In this document: piece after piece, positions 16,821-25,316 of the stretch | Layout: each line of letters begins with the position of its first letter | Position numbering within the stretch: the stretch's first letter is position 1 | Virus record (IMG/VR): IMGVR_UViG_3300008110_007313 | Source: a virus | Lineage: Duplodnaviria; Caudoviricetes | Reading direction: 5' to 3' (one strand) | DNA: 64,000 nucleotides | Position numbers and translations under genes: made by a program | Notes under the pieces: model-generated | What the model was told of the DNA's origin: nothing | Databases searched by the model: none | What the model saw: the letters and a program-made list of their open reading frames with translations, nothing else

Positions 16821-18187
16821 AATTTTTCTCCTGGTTCAAAGCCACGGAATCGTTTGTGACGGGGGAATCTCAGTGAGTATGTTCCGTCTTGGTTTTGCGT
16901 AACTGCGTCAGCTTCAACTTCACCAATGACGCCAAGTAGGCGATCCCGTGCGGCCCAAAACTCATCACGATCGCTATCGCTATAGCCAGTACCAACATTA
17001 ACCCGAATATTTCTGTCATTGTCAACTCCTTCGTAAATTATAGCACCTAACCGGCCTGCATTGCGACCAGTTCCTTCTTCAAAACCCACAATGGTCAAGT
17101 CCACTGTGATAGTAGGCTTCCATTTCATCCAAGAATCTGAACGCTTGCAGATGTAAGGTGCACCGAGCTCCTTGATCATAATGCCTTCGTAACCTTGTTC
17201 CACACTGGCTTCGGCAAAGCGGCGCATGACGTCATGACCTTCTGCTGTGTCCAAATCCACATTCATGCCGGGCATGATCTGCACACAACCGTCCTCGGGC
17301 AGGGTGGATTTGGCACTTTCAAGCCACTCCAAGCGAGCCTGCTGTTTTACATTCCAGTGTCCTTCTTCCAACGCATCCAAGGGCAAGATATCAAATACAT
17401 GATAAACCATGCCATCTGTCTTGGCATCGCTTTTGCGGTGTGCCTGCTTCATGAGCTTTTGAAAGCTTTCGCCCACAATCTCACCATCCAGCACAAAGTT
17501 GCCGCCGGTGCCACGACCATATTGGAATGCCTTGCGAGCATCTTCTACAGCTTCGGCAATCTGCGGAAAGTTTTCAAAGATCTTGCCGTTGCGACTGTAC
17601 AGTGTGCAAGTGGCACCCTGTACCACAGCAATCACACGCACACCATCCAGTTTGACTTCCAGGCGCTTGATACCTTTGAGCTTTTGCTGTTGATCTGAAC
17701 TGTCCTGTGCTAACTGACAAGTAAACACAGGAATCTTCCAGTCAGTTTTGCCCAGTACTTTGTTCAAGGTCTTTTCTGAGATGCCGCAACGCAGATCTTT
17801 GATGATCACACGACGAGCAAGGCCGTTCCATTCTTCACTGTCGAACTGCTCTGACATTTCCTTGATAGCGTCACGAGCACGACCGCCAGTGATACCACGT
17901 GTTCGCAGATCTTCCAACATGGCCCAAAAACGAGTCCAAGGATTGGCACGACCTTCAAGGCCTTGAGTTTCTGGCACTTGCCGAACCCCAAACACATAGA
18001 ACGGATTGTAAGCCTGGTAACAGTTGAAAAGAAAACACTGGGCGTCTGCTGAACCCAGCTTGGCCGCTATGAGTGCTTTTTCAATTACTGATTCTTTGTG
18101 GAGCCGGCTGTCAGAGCTTTCTAAGTCGCGAATCCAACCTGCGGCCATTGCCCCATCAAACCTTTCGTTGCTGTAATCTACTGTCAT
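16817..18187 (-). CDS. lig: ATP-dependent DNA ligase
   Basis: KLDGVR, SRNG, DGE, VFD, EGIMIK, WMKWK, LRFP motifs. Confidence 0.95.
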   Translation of the reverse strand: MTVDYSNERFDGAMAAGWIRDLESSDSRLHKESVIEKALIAAKLGSADAQCFLFNCYQAYNPFYVFGVRQVPETQGLEGRANPWTRFWAMLEDLRTRGITGGRARDAIKEMSEQFDSEEWNGLARRVIIKDLRCGISEKTLNKVLGKTDWKIPVFTCQLAQDSSDQQQKLKGIKRLEVKLDGVRVIAVVQGATCTLYSRNGKIFENFPQIAEAVEDARKAFQYGRGTGGNFVLDGEIVGESFQKLMKQAHRKSDAKTDGMVYHVFDILPLDALEEGHWNVKQQARLEWLESAKSTLPEDGCVQIMPGMNVDLDTAEGHDVMRRFAEASVEQGYEGIMIKELGAPYICKRSDSWMKWKPTITVDLTIVGFEEGTGRNAGRLGAIIYEGVDNDRNIRVNVGTGYSDSDRDEFWAARDRLLGVIGEVEADAVTQNQDGTYSLRFPRHKRFRGFEPGEKL

Positions 18188-18197
18188 ATTTAAGACC

Positions 18198-18611
18198 TTA
18201 CCATGAGCTATTATAAAACACTTTTAGACCCAAGAACAATTCTGCTCGGGCATTTTTAATAAATTCAAGATCATGATCGTAGTAGTGCTGATCTGAGTCG
18301 TTGCCAAAAAAGAATCCAGCTGTCGAAGGCAGTTGGCGCTTCTTAATTGTGTGCTCTAGCTGATCTAAATCTTCAGCAGTGAGTTCGAGTTCAATGCCGT
18401 TGAAAGTATCATACTCTAAATTTTTTTGTTCTGCGAGCTTTTCCATCCAGCCATGCAGGTTAGGATGTTTACGCCAGTAAGCAATCTCACGTGGCTTGGT
18501 CACTGTGTTGTTTTCGAATTCGCGAGTTGTTTCGTTAAACTCAGCGCCTTCGTAGTATTCCTCTTGTTGACCTGCCCTAGTGGCCACATAAGCATACATG
18601 TCGAGACCCAT
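18198..18611 (-). CDS. conserved phage hypothetical protein
   Basis: MGLDMY..YWRKHPNLHGWM..YNSSW. Confidence 0.85.
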   Translation of the reverse strand: MGLDMYAYVATRAGQQEEYYEGAEFNETTREFENNTVTKPREIAYWRKHPNLHGWMEKLAEQKNLEYDTFNGIELELTAEDLDQLEHTIKKRQLPSTAGFFFGNDSDQHYYDHDLEFIKNARAELFLGLKVFYNSSW

Positions 18612-18769
18612 TATTTTTCTCCTTGTTGATGCCGGTACTCACGCTTGAGCCACCAGCGATATCGTTGAAAGTAAACTTGCATTGGATAGGTAGGCAAACT
18701 ACCTGTCCATTCTTCTATTTCCAAACAGTGGCTATACCACTGTTGTTGCAACCAAGTCCGAAATGTCAT
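18611..18769 (-). CDS. small hypothetical protein (52 aa)
   Basis: Manual translation MTFRTWLQQQWYSHC...; overlaps both neighbours. Confidence 0.7.
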   Translation of the reverse strand: MTFRTWLQQQWYSHCLEIEEWTGSLPTYPMQVYFQRYRWWLKREYRHQQGEK

Positions 18770-19038
18770 GCCGCCTCCAACATGTTAGCAGGCACATTGA
18801 ACACGCCACCGGGGGTGTTGACCAGGATATACTTGATCTTGACTTTGCGTACAGTGCCAACATAGGTCAGACCGTTGCGGTTGCTGGTAAACTTCACAGA
18901 GTCTCCAAGTTGGAATGCTCGTTTGTTTTGTTTGGTCAGTTGCGAACGGGCAAACTTCACAGCATCGATCACACTCGACAACTCAGTGTTGGTCAATTTA
19001 CCAAACATGATAGCAGAATTGATTGCGTTGACGTCCAT
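18766..19038 (-). CDS. hypothetical early protein (SH3-like C-terminus)
   Basis: 90 aa after sigma70 promoter and SD AGGAG. Confidence 0.8.
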   Translation of the reverse strand: MDVNAINSAIMFGKLTNTELSSVIDAVKFARSQLTKQNKRAFQLGDSVKFTSNRNGLTYVGTVRKVKIKYILVNTPGGVFNVPANMLEAA

Positions 19039-19070
19039 TTTGGGCTCCTGTTTTGTTACGCTATGTCATT

Positions 19071-19099
19071 ATTATAGCAAAACGGGAATATTCAGTCAA
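19071..19099 (-). promoter_or_regulatory. sigma70 early promoter
   Basis: TTGACT-17-TATAAT with TG. Confidence 0.85.
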
Positions 19100-19127
19100 C
19101 CGTGCAAAAGTAGTACTAAAGTACTAG

Positions 19128-20708
19128 TTAAATGGGTATTGTTTTGAAAGTAGTGCTGACAACTTCGCCCGATGCATAGCGAACAGACAGCTTATTTGAA
19201 TCACTGATAGGAGGAGATACCAGCGACGAGTATACTCGATATCCGTTGGCGTCAAAGGTGCCCGAACCTGTGGGCCAGGTGCTGGTCCAACTGGTGCTCC
19301 AAGTAAATTCTGTGCTGGGCGGTCCTCTAAAGGTCACAGTTACCGGGGTTCCGTACACAGTTTCGTTCACGCTGTTGAACCATCCGTCCTGTGTTACCGT
19401 AGCAGTCTTTGGATAGTTAGTAGCAACAATTTCTAAATTTATAGAGTCAGACCTGGTAGGGCCACCGGGCTGGCTAGCAGTCATAGTCAATAAAACAACA
19501 CCCAAGTTGGGAATCAGCCATCCTGGTACTTGAATTTGAACGCCGTTGCCATTGTTTAGGTCAATGCCAGGAAGTGTGACATAACTGCCTGCTGAAGTAG
19601 ACAATGTGACTCGAGTGTTTGCGTCTGATGGCTGAACCACAGCATTGATCCAGAACGAAGAATTTTGAATCAACGTAGTCGACACATTGCCGGGCTGTTG
19701 AGTCGATGCCTGTTGCTCATAAACTTGTGCTATTCGTACCACAGCAGGTGCAGACAAGGATGTACTGGTAGAGGTTGGCGGCACCAATGGATTGAGCTGT
19801 TGCGATTCCACCAACTGTCTTGCTTCTGCTACAGTGTACGAAACGCTAAAAGGATTTGATGTGGTTTGATATTTAGGCAACGGTAACGTCACACTGGGTT
19901 GACCCAGATCAGACACTGCACTGGGAGGAGGCAATACACTGGTCTGCAAAATTGGTGTGCCTGTACTGCTCGGCAATCCAGGCCAGTCGTTAGACACACT
20001 GAATCCTCCCACTGGAATTCCAGCTTCGTTGAGTGTTGATTGATTCTTACCTTCACGAATAGCACCTACCACAGCCTGTCCTGCCTGAGTGCTAGTGTTG
20101 GCAATTTTCAACATGTAGTCATACTGCCCGCTGGGTGTGTTATAGTTGCCCACTTGAGCCAAGGTAGACACCAAACTGTAAACTGCTGACGGACTTCCAG
20201 CAGCCTCTGCATCGTAGTTAATGCCAGCAGCGTTTTGAAAATTTGCTTCTGATACGATTCTTTGGCAAACAGCATTGAAATTTTCATTCATTACTGTGGT
20301 CTGAACAGGATAGGTTGCTATCAGCGCAACAATTTCAGCATTGGCAGCTGGAATCAAACCTGTTGTAAAAGCAGTGTCAGCATCAGCATAGGTTCCGGCT
20401 GCAGGACCCGAAGGTATCACAATAGGTCCGCCCACTGGTCCAAATGTGCCTTGCACACAGGCCTTCATGTTATCATACACAGCTTTTAGATTGAGCAAAG
20501 TTATGCTGTTAAGAGCACTGGTAGCTTGATTCAACGCATTAGTAGCTACCGCACCGCTGGCAATGCCAATAATGTCTGTTACAGTAGGGACACCAAAGTC
20601 ACCTGATCCAGTGGCTACATTGGCACGAATGTAGGAATTCACCGCTGTGGGCACAGGCGCAGCTAAATTTTCAATTAAATTTAACCCTTTGAGTGTGTCT
20701 ATGCTCAT
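19128..20708 (-). CDS. putative virion/baseplate-associated protein
   Basis: 526 aa, A/T/G/S-rich, downstream of PAAR. Confidence 0.6.
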   Translation of the reverse strand: MSIDTLKGLNLIENLAAPVPTAVNSYIRANVATGSGDFGVPTVTDIIGIASGAVATNALNQATSALNSITLLNLKAVYDNMKACVQGTFGPVGGPIVIPSGPAAGTYADADTAFTTGLIPAANAEIVALIATYPVQTTVMNENFNAVCQRIVSEANFQNAAGINYDAEAAGSPSAVYSLVSTLAQVGNYNTPSGQYDYMLKIANTSTQAGQAVVGAIREGKNQSTLNEAGIPVGGFSVSNDWPGLPSSTGTPILQTSVLPPPSAVSDLGQPSVTLPLPKYQTTSNPFSVSYTVAEARQLVESQQLNPLVPPTSTSTSLSAPAVVRIAQVYEQQASTQQPGNVSTTLIQNSSFWINAVVQPSDANTRVTLSTSAGSYVTLPGIDLNNGNGVQIQVPGWLIPNLGVVLLTMTASQPGGPTRSDSINLEIVATNYPKTATVTQDGWFNSVNETVYGTPVTVTFRGPPSTEFTWSTSWTSTWPTGSGTFDANGYRVYSSLVSPPISDSNKLSVRYASGEVVSTTFKTIPI

Positions 20709-21865
20709 GACAACACCCTCGCTAGAGTTGCAATGTCAGTGTTGGCAATATTTGGTATCTGACTCATACTGACCGCCAATGCCACGCTGGCCACTGCTTG
20801 ATCTTCTGGAACTATCTTGCTCAATTCATCGCAACCTGTGATGTTGCTGTTGGGACCAACGTCTATAGATCCAATGAATGTTTTGACAATTGAATTGGCT
20901 GTGCCGTCGCTGTTGTATATAGACTGCGGACCGTTGTCTGTGGGCACAGATAGACTCCGCCAACTTTCGCCAAACAACACAGTAGGATTCAGTAGATCAG
21001 CTAGAGTATTGACCCCGGGTGTAGTAACATCCAAAATGTCTAAAATTTCTGCGAGATCAGCGCCGGTTATTTTGAGCATGGCATTGTAGGCTTTTCTTTG
21101 CAGATTATTAAACTGACTGCGAGTCAAATCTAAACTTGACTGACTAGGTGTGCACAATCTTACAATTTCATTTTCAGACATGCCTTGCTCAAACAGCGCC
21201 AAAGTGATCGACGGCAAGGTGCCACGTACTATGTTACCATAAATGCTTATCTGTTGCAAAACACCAGCAGGTGTTCCGATCTCATTAAGTTGTTGAAGAC
21301 TCAACGCATTGCCCATGGCTCTAAGATCTTGTGCAAATGCTGGCATTGCCATGGTCACCTTGGTGATGTCACCAGTGACCAAGTTGTTCATGTTGGTAAA
21401 AGTGGCTGCCATTTTGTTGGCATTGACTGTGCTGTAAATCAGTTGTGTTGTTTGTGATTGATAGCTAGTAGCTGCCGACCAAACTTCTGCAAACTTACTG
21501 ATGTCTCCGTTGCCGAGATATTTGTTGCCGGTGTCTAATACAAATTGAGCAAACCCACCGGTAGTGACAGTAGGTATAGTAGCCACAGTTTGCACGCCAG
21601 TAATGGTATTAGCATAGGCAGTGGGCACACTGGCACCAAGAGCCGGGCAATTTGACGCACCCAGAGTTTTTAACTGAGCAATGGTCGCGTTGGCTAGGCC
21701 ATACGAACCAGCCAAGCTCAAGGTATCTAAAAGAGAATCAATGGCAGGTACTGCGTTGTAGCTGGCCACTGCATTAGACAACGTGGTGCTGACTGCTAGA
21801 CCTGTGTTGGCCAACAATCCTGTCAATGCTATCAACTGCAACGGAGTATACAACCCTGTGGCCAT
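20705..21865 (-). CDS. putative virion/baseplate-associated protein
   Basis: 386 aa directly after PAAR gene. Confidence 0.6.
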   Translation of the reverse strand: MATGLYTPLQLIALTGLLANTGLAVSTTLSNAVASYNAVPAIDSLLDTLSLAGSYGLANATIAQLKTLGASNCPALGASVPTAYANTITGVQTVATIPTVTTGGFAQFVLDTGNKYLGNGDISKFAEVWSAATSYQSQTTQLIYSTVNANKMAATFTNMNNLVTGDITKVTMAMPAFAQDLRAMGNALSLQQLNEIGTPAGVLQQISIYGNIVRGTLPSITLALFEQGMSENEIVRLCTPSQSSLDLTRSQFNNLQRKAYNAMLKITGADLAEILDILDVTTPGVNTLADLLNPTVLFGESWRSLSVPTDNGPQSIYNSDGTANSIVKTFIGSIDVGPNSNITGCDELSKIVPEDQAVASVALAVSMSQIPNIANTDIATLARVLS

Positions 21866-21866
21866 G

Positions 21867-22145
21867 TTATCCTATCCTCACGTTGTCACTGCCGCCTACT
21901 CTTTTATGATCTTTGCAGCTATCGGCATTGCCAGTGACATTGACAGGTTTGTTGCCGGCACGAACGCTGCCAACGCCATTGGCTGTGGTGATACTTTTGT
22001 GATCGTACTGCTTGGCCTTGGCGTGGTCGGCTACCTTGGATCCATTCACGCTGATTGCTTTGTTATTGACTCGCACAGAACTAAAGCCGCTTGTAATAGC
22101 GGCTCCGGCATCATTTGCATCACCTACACGTTGCACTGCGGGCAT
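21867..22145 (-). CDS. PAAR-like spike tip protein (gp5.4-like)
   Basis: RVGD, VRVNNKAI, VRAGNKPV, C/H metal ligands, GSDNVRIG. Confidence 0.85.
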   Translation of the reverse strand: MPAVQRVGDANDAGAAITSGFSSVRVNNKAISVNGSKVADHAKAKQYDHKSITTANGVGSVRAGNKPVNVTGNADSCKDHKRVGGSDNVRIG

Positions 22146-22146
22146 G

Positions 22147-22455
22147 TTATCCTAGGATTAGTTTTTTGTCTGGAACCTTGATCCCAGTGGTGGCTTCAAG
22201 GTATTTCATGCGCACAGAATCATCAGTCGGGGCACACAAAGCTATACTGCCAGTATTTAGCTTGATTTCGGCACTGGGATCAGCGGTAAACAAACTAGGG
22301 ATCAATCCCATTCCCTGTGGCCCAGGTGCAATGCTTACTGGCTCTTCAAGGATGATCCAATCTCCTCCTGACATTTTTACCTTGGCAACTATTTCTTCGC
22401 CAGAGTTCATTTTAAATGTGTATACTTTATCCGTTGTTAGTGCTAGTTGTGTCAT
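22147..22455 (-). CDS. hypothetical protein (Sm-like fold possible)
   Basis: FKMNSGEEIVAK. Confidence 0.75.
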   Translation of the reverse strand: MTQLALTTDKVYTFKMNSGEEIVAKVKMSGGDWIILEEPVSIAPGPQGMGLIPSLFTADPSAEIKLNTGSIALCAPTDDSVRMKYLEATTGIKVPDKKLILG

Positions 22456-22685
22456 TAGACGCTTTCTGTTAGTTTTGCTTTGAGTTCTGTAAATCCGCCA
22501 ATCAGTTCTCCGTCAAGGATGATCTGTGGTACGGTTCTTGCTGTGGGGATTGCTTCTAGCAATTCTTCTTTTGTGTATCCGTCACCAATCTTGCGTTCTT
22601 CAAAAGCAATGCCTTTTTGTTTTAGCAGTGCCTTGGCTTGATCGCAATAGGGACAGTGATATTTGCTCCATACAATAGCTTGCAT
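22455..22685 (-). CDS. grx: glutaredoxin
   Basis: CPYC, TVPQI, GGF. Confidence 0.95.
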   Translation of the reverse strand: MQAIVWSKYHCPYCDQAKALLKQKGIAFEERKIGDGYTKEELLEAIPTARTVPQIILDGELIGGFTELKAKLTESV

Positions 22686-22686
22686 A

Positions 22687-23097
22687 TTATTTTCCTTCAT
22701 TTGATTTATCATAGGTCTTGGCAAAGATGTCTGTTTTGACAACACCATAATCGCCAGGTCCGTGCTTGACAATGTAGTCATTGCCTTTGGTGTATTCTAA
22801 GTTACCCCAACTTGCTCGAACAACACCGTCATGGTCAGCCAACTTAGCAACCTTCATAATTTTCTTTGGCGTAGCTGTGCCATCACCATTGTCATCATAG
22901 TAGGCGTTAAACTTAATAGGGCTCACCGGGTACCGCTCGCCTTTGGGACCAGTGATAATCTTGTGTCCCACTGTGTAATTCACAGGACCTTCTAGTGTGT
23001 CCACAGTGCCATTGTCTGTAGCTGTTTCGTACTTGATAGGTGTGGGATGTTTGTAGGTTTCAAATCCACCCTGGGCAAACCAATTGTCGTCGATCAT
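22687..23097 (-). CDS. PGDYG-motif protein
   Basis: TLEG, GPKGERYPV, GPGDYGVV. Confidence 0.7.
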   Translation of the reverse strand: MIDDNWFAQGGFETYKHPTPIKYETATDNGTVDTLEGPVNYTVGHKIITGPKGERYPVSPIKFNAYYDDNGDGTATPKKIMKVAKLADHDGVVRASWGNLEYTKGNDYIVKHGPGDYGVVKTDIFAKTYDKSNEGK

Positions 23098-24197
23098 AGT
23101 TCAGGTAGTTCCTCGTAGTCAATGCTGTCGCTCATTACACCAATAACATAATTAGTGCTTTCGTTCTCTTGCAGTGCAGTTTGTTTCTTGCTGGTGTCAA
23201 CGTGTTTGTTGAACCAAGGAATAGGTGTGCTCTTGGGTGCAGGTTCCTGATACTTGATACCAATTTCGTGCAAGGCGTTCTTGGCAGTGTAGTCCACAAA
23301 GTCTCTCAAGATGTTGGCATTGAGTCCAATCACAGGACCATGTTTGAACAAATAGTCTGCCCACTCTTTTTCTTCACGAATAACATCCATGTATAACTGA
23401 TACACTTCTGCTTCGCATTCCACTTTGGCGGCGGCAAAGCGTGGATCTTCTTTCACAACTTGATTGATCAAGAATGCAGTCCAGTCCTTGTGCAAGATTT
23501 CGTCTTGCAGGATCAACTGAATGATGTTGCCGTTGCCAATAAAGATTTTGTTTTCTACCATGGCCAATGAAGTAGCAAAGCTAACCATAAAGCGGAATGC
23601 TTCAAGTGCGTAGCTGGCATTTAGTGCCAACCAGATTGATTTAATATGAGCATCATCAGAAACTAAATCAAATCCTAGTTCTTTCTTGCAATTCATTTGA
23701 TGCAAGTCATCATAGTACTTGCCCACACTAGAAGCCATATCAATGATCTCTTTGGTGTCGTGGATTGTATTAAACATGTCCTTGGGCACGTTGTAGATGT
23801 TGCGAATGATGTGGCTGTAGCTACGTGAGTGAATGTTGGTCTCAAAGAATCCCCAGTTGTACATCAGGCTTTCAAGTTCAGGGATTGAGCACACAGGAGT
23901 AAACACCTGTGTAGGACCGCGACCTTGCAAACTGTCCAGCGCGGTTTGACGCAACAGGTTTGATGTAAAGATGTGCTTGACTGTGTCTGACGCATCTTTA
24001 AAGTCTTGGCTGTCTTTGGTTAGTGAAATCTCTTCAGGCACCCAAAAGAAACCACGTGCTTCTTGTTCAAACTTTTGTAGTTTGTTGTACTTGACTTCTT
24101 CAAACCGTTGAATGGTCACAGGGCCTGCAGGATCCAAGAACATCTTGCGGTTGAGATAATCTGTTTTTGTTTTTAAGTTGTATTGTGCTTTGCTCAT
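23094..24197 (-). CDS. nrdB: class Ia ribonucleotide reductase beta subunit
   Basis: FWVPEEI, D84 equivalent, ETNIHSRSY, EAFRF, DEILH, C-terminal Y. Confidence 0.95.
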   Translation of the reverse strand: MSKAQYNLKTKTDYLNRKMFLDPAGPVTIQRFEEVKYNKLQKFEQEARGFFWVPEEISLTKDSQDFKDASDTVKHIFTSNLLRQTALDSLQGRGPTQVFTPVCSIPELESLMYNWGFFETNIHSRSYSHIIRNIYNVPKDMFNTIHDTKEIIDMASSVGKYYDDLHQMNCKKELGFDLVSDDAHIKSIWLALNASYALEAFRFMVSFATSLAMVENKIFIGNGNIIQLILQDEILHKDWTAFLINQVVKEDPRFAAAKVECEAEVYQLYMDVIREEKEWADYLFKHGPVIGLNANILRDFVDYTAKNALHEIGIKYQEPAPKSTPIPWFNKHVDTSKKQTALQENESTNYVIGVMSDSIDYEELPEL

Positions 24198-24198
24198 G

Positions 24199-25131
24199 TT
24201 AATCTTTCAGTGTGTAACTAATCTGCCCACTTCTAATGTTGTGCTGTACAACAAGGTCTCGGTCCGGGCGAACTAAAATTATAGGATCTTCGCCTGGTCC
24301 CCAGTGCCCATCATCAAGGTACAATGTGTCATTGTCTTGTTTCATCCCCATTCTTGGCACAATCAACACACATTGATCTTTCCATGACTGAGTAGAAACT
24401 GTCAGTTCAAAGTGACGTTGTTCAGGATGCCAATGTTGCGCATGATAGCTAGCCACTACTTGACCAGCTTTGACAGCTCGCATGTACGGAATCCATCCCC
24501 AATCGGTTTCCTGCTGGCGCGGGAAGGTAACGATGCCAGGAGTTAAGTTAACTTCTGTCACATTCATTATGTTTCCGCGCATGGTATTAACAACGTGAAT
24601 GAATTTTTGATCAATGTCCACTGCTGGATTGAATCCTCGTGGCTCTGAACAAGGTCTGCATAGTCCTTGAGCAAAGCGTTCAGGAATTGGTATTGCCCAC
24701 AGTTCTAAAAAGTATGTGCTCGGAAGAAACACACGCGAGTTATCTGAAGGCAGACTGTTCCATAAACCTTCCCACCAAAGATTTCCGTTTACTGTTTCAG
24801 TAAACGTAACAGGAGTAGATTCAATGTCCCTGGTGTAACGTTTGTTTACCAGTTCAATTCGATCTTGAAGGCCCAGCCGTTTTATAATCTCACAGCCCAA
24901 GTGGTAGCGATTTACATCACTTTCGAATGCACGTATGTGACGAGCACCATGTTTCAAGGCCATGATTGATAGTAGTCCTGTGCCAAAGCCAATGTCAGTA
25001 CAATCTTGGTCTTTGACATATCTACTGAGTACACGGTCATAGAATTGATTGCGAAGAAAATCGTTGATCATTCCGAGGTTAACTCCATCGTGATTCGTCC
25101 AGTCAATGTGGTTTAAAAAATCCATTACCAA
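24199..25131 (-). CDS. class I SAM methyltransferase, PRMT-like N-terminus
   Basis: MINDFLRNQFY..DIGFGTGLLSIMALKHGA..FE. Confidence 0.75.
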   Translation of the reverse strand: MVMDFLNHIDWTNHDGVNLGMINDFLRNQFYDRVLSRYVKDQDCTDIGFGTGLLSIMALKHGARHIRAFESDVNRYHLGCEIIKRLGLQDRIELVNKRYTRDIESTPVTFTETVNGNLWWEGLWNSLPSDNSRVFLPSTYFLELWAIPIPERFAQGLCRPCSEPRGFNPAVDIDQKFIHVVNTMRGNIMNVTEVNLTPGIVTFPRQQETDWGWIPYMRAVKAGQVVASYHAQHWHPEQRHFELTVSTQSWKDQCVLIVPRMGMKQDNDTLYLDDGHWGPGEDPIILVRPDRDLVVQHNIRSGQISYTLKD

Positions 25132-25316
25132 TGTCTAATAGTATTTGCTATGATAAAAAAACATGTAACCACATGTATTATAACCCAAAAAGTCTTTAAG
25201 AACAAGGCTATTCGGGCTTCTCGAAGAGTTAATATAGGAACATCTGGGCGATCGTGATCTGATTTGCCCATTAGGTGTCCGGTTGCTCGAGCCCATATAC
25301 GTTCGATGCTGTTCAT
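25125..25316 (-). CDS. small membrane protein
   Basis: 63 aa with C-terminal TM. Confidence 0.75.
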   Translation of the reverse strand: MNSIERIWARATGHLMGKSDHDRPDVPILTLREARIALFLKTFWVIIHVVTCFFIIANTIRHW

